Part shown: positions 23,946-24,000 of the stretch, in pieces
How the letters are laid out: every line of letters begins with the position of its first letter
Position numbering within the stretch: position 1 is the stretch's first letter
Source of the DNA: Falsibacillus albus
GTDB taxonomy: Bacteria > Bacillota > Bacilli > Bacillales > DSM-25281
Direction: 5' to 3'
Assembly: GCF_003668575.1 (NCBI RefSeq)
Contig: NZ_RCVZ01000016.1
Coordinates: forward strand, 1 to 24,000
Length of the DNA: 24,000 nt
Position numbers and translations under genes: made by a program
Notes under the pieces: generated by a model
Database searches by the model: none
The model's input: the letters and a program-made list of their open reading frames with translations, nothing else
What the model was told of the DNA's origin: nothing

Positions 23946-24000
23946 ATGGAGCATTTTAAAATAGATGATGTATCCAAGATGACCGGACTTACGAAAAGAG
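23946..24000 (+). CDS. MerR-family transcriptional regulator, N-terminal fragment (continues beyond window)
   Basis: ATG is preceded by GAGGTGAT. The translation MEHFKIDDVSKMTGLTKR has the typical MerR N-terminal HTH pattern (I.[DE]V[SA]K.TG[LV][ST]KR). Only 18 codons are visible. Confidence 0.55.
   Translation, partial: MEHFKIDDVSKMTGLTKR

Overview
This is a low-GC Bacillaceae chromosomal segment of conserved housekeeping and stress-response genes, almost all on the minus strand. From memory, gene order matches B. subtilis 168 read in reverse: ddl-murF-cshA-ydbS-ydbT-ydcA-acpS-ydcC-alr-ndoAI-ndoA-rsbR-rsbS-rsbT-rsbU-rsbV-rsbW-sigB-rsbX-(tex/ydcI)-(sprT-like/ydcK)-tRNA array. In window order: positions 1-1259 hold 11 minus-strand tRNA genes, transcribed Asn-Ser-Glu-Asp-Gln-Lys-Leu-Leu-Arg-Pro-Gly, behind a consensus sigma-A promoter. 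Next come a SprT-like metalloprotease, Tex, the complete 8-gene sigma-B stressosome/partner-switching operon with its internal sigma-B promoter, and the MazEF (EndoAI/EndoA) toxin-antitoxin pair. These are followed by alr, the LolA-like lipoprotein YdcC, acpS, a plus-strand rhomboid protease, the bPH-domain membrane proteins YdbT/YdbS, UV-damage endonuclease UvsE and the DEAD-box helicase CshA. The window ends with an alpha/beta-hydrolase esterase, a plus-strand HAD hydrolase, murF, ddl, and the first 18 codons of a plus-strand MerR-like regulator. I found no CRISPR array, transposase, integrase, phage gene or recognisable defence or secondary-metabolite cluster. I do not see a convincing novel multi-gene system. 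The features worth a second look are all non-coding or small. (1) A GC-rich, hairpin-dense repeat family has a 182-bp copy at 23630-23811, a 61-bp termini-only copy at 16175-16235, and possibly a degenerate fragment at 23492-23522. (2) A 37-codon plus-strand ORF at 1927-2040 has a near-perfect SD and ends in a bidirectional terminator. (3) A near-consensus sigma-B-type promoter lies about 190 nt upstream of ddl. (4) A perfect 16-bp palindrome overlaps the putative promoter of the MerR-like gene. All calls come from reading the sequence and from remembered homolog sequences; no database search was run.
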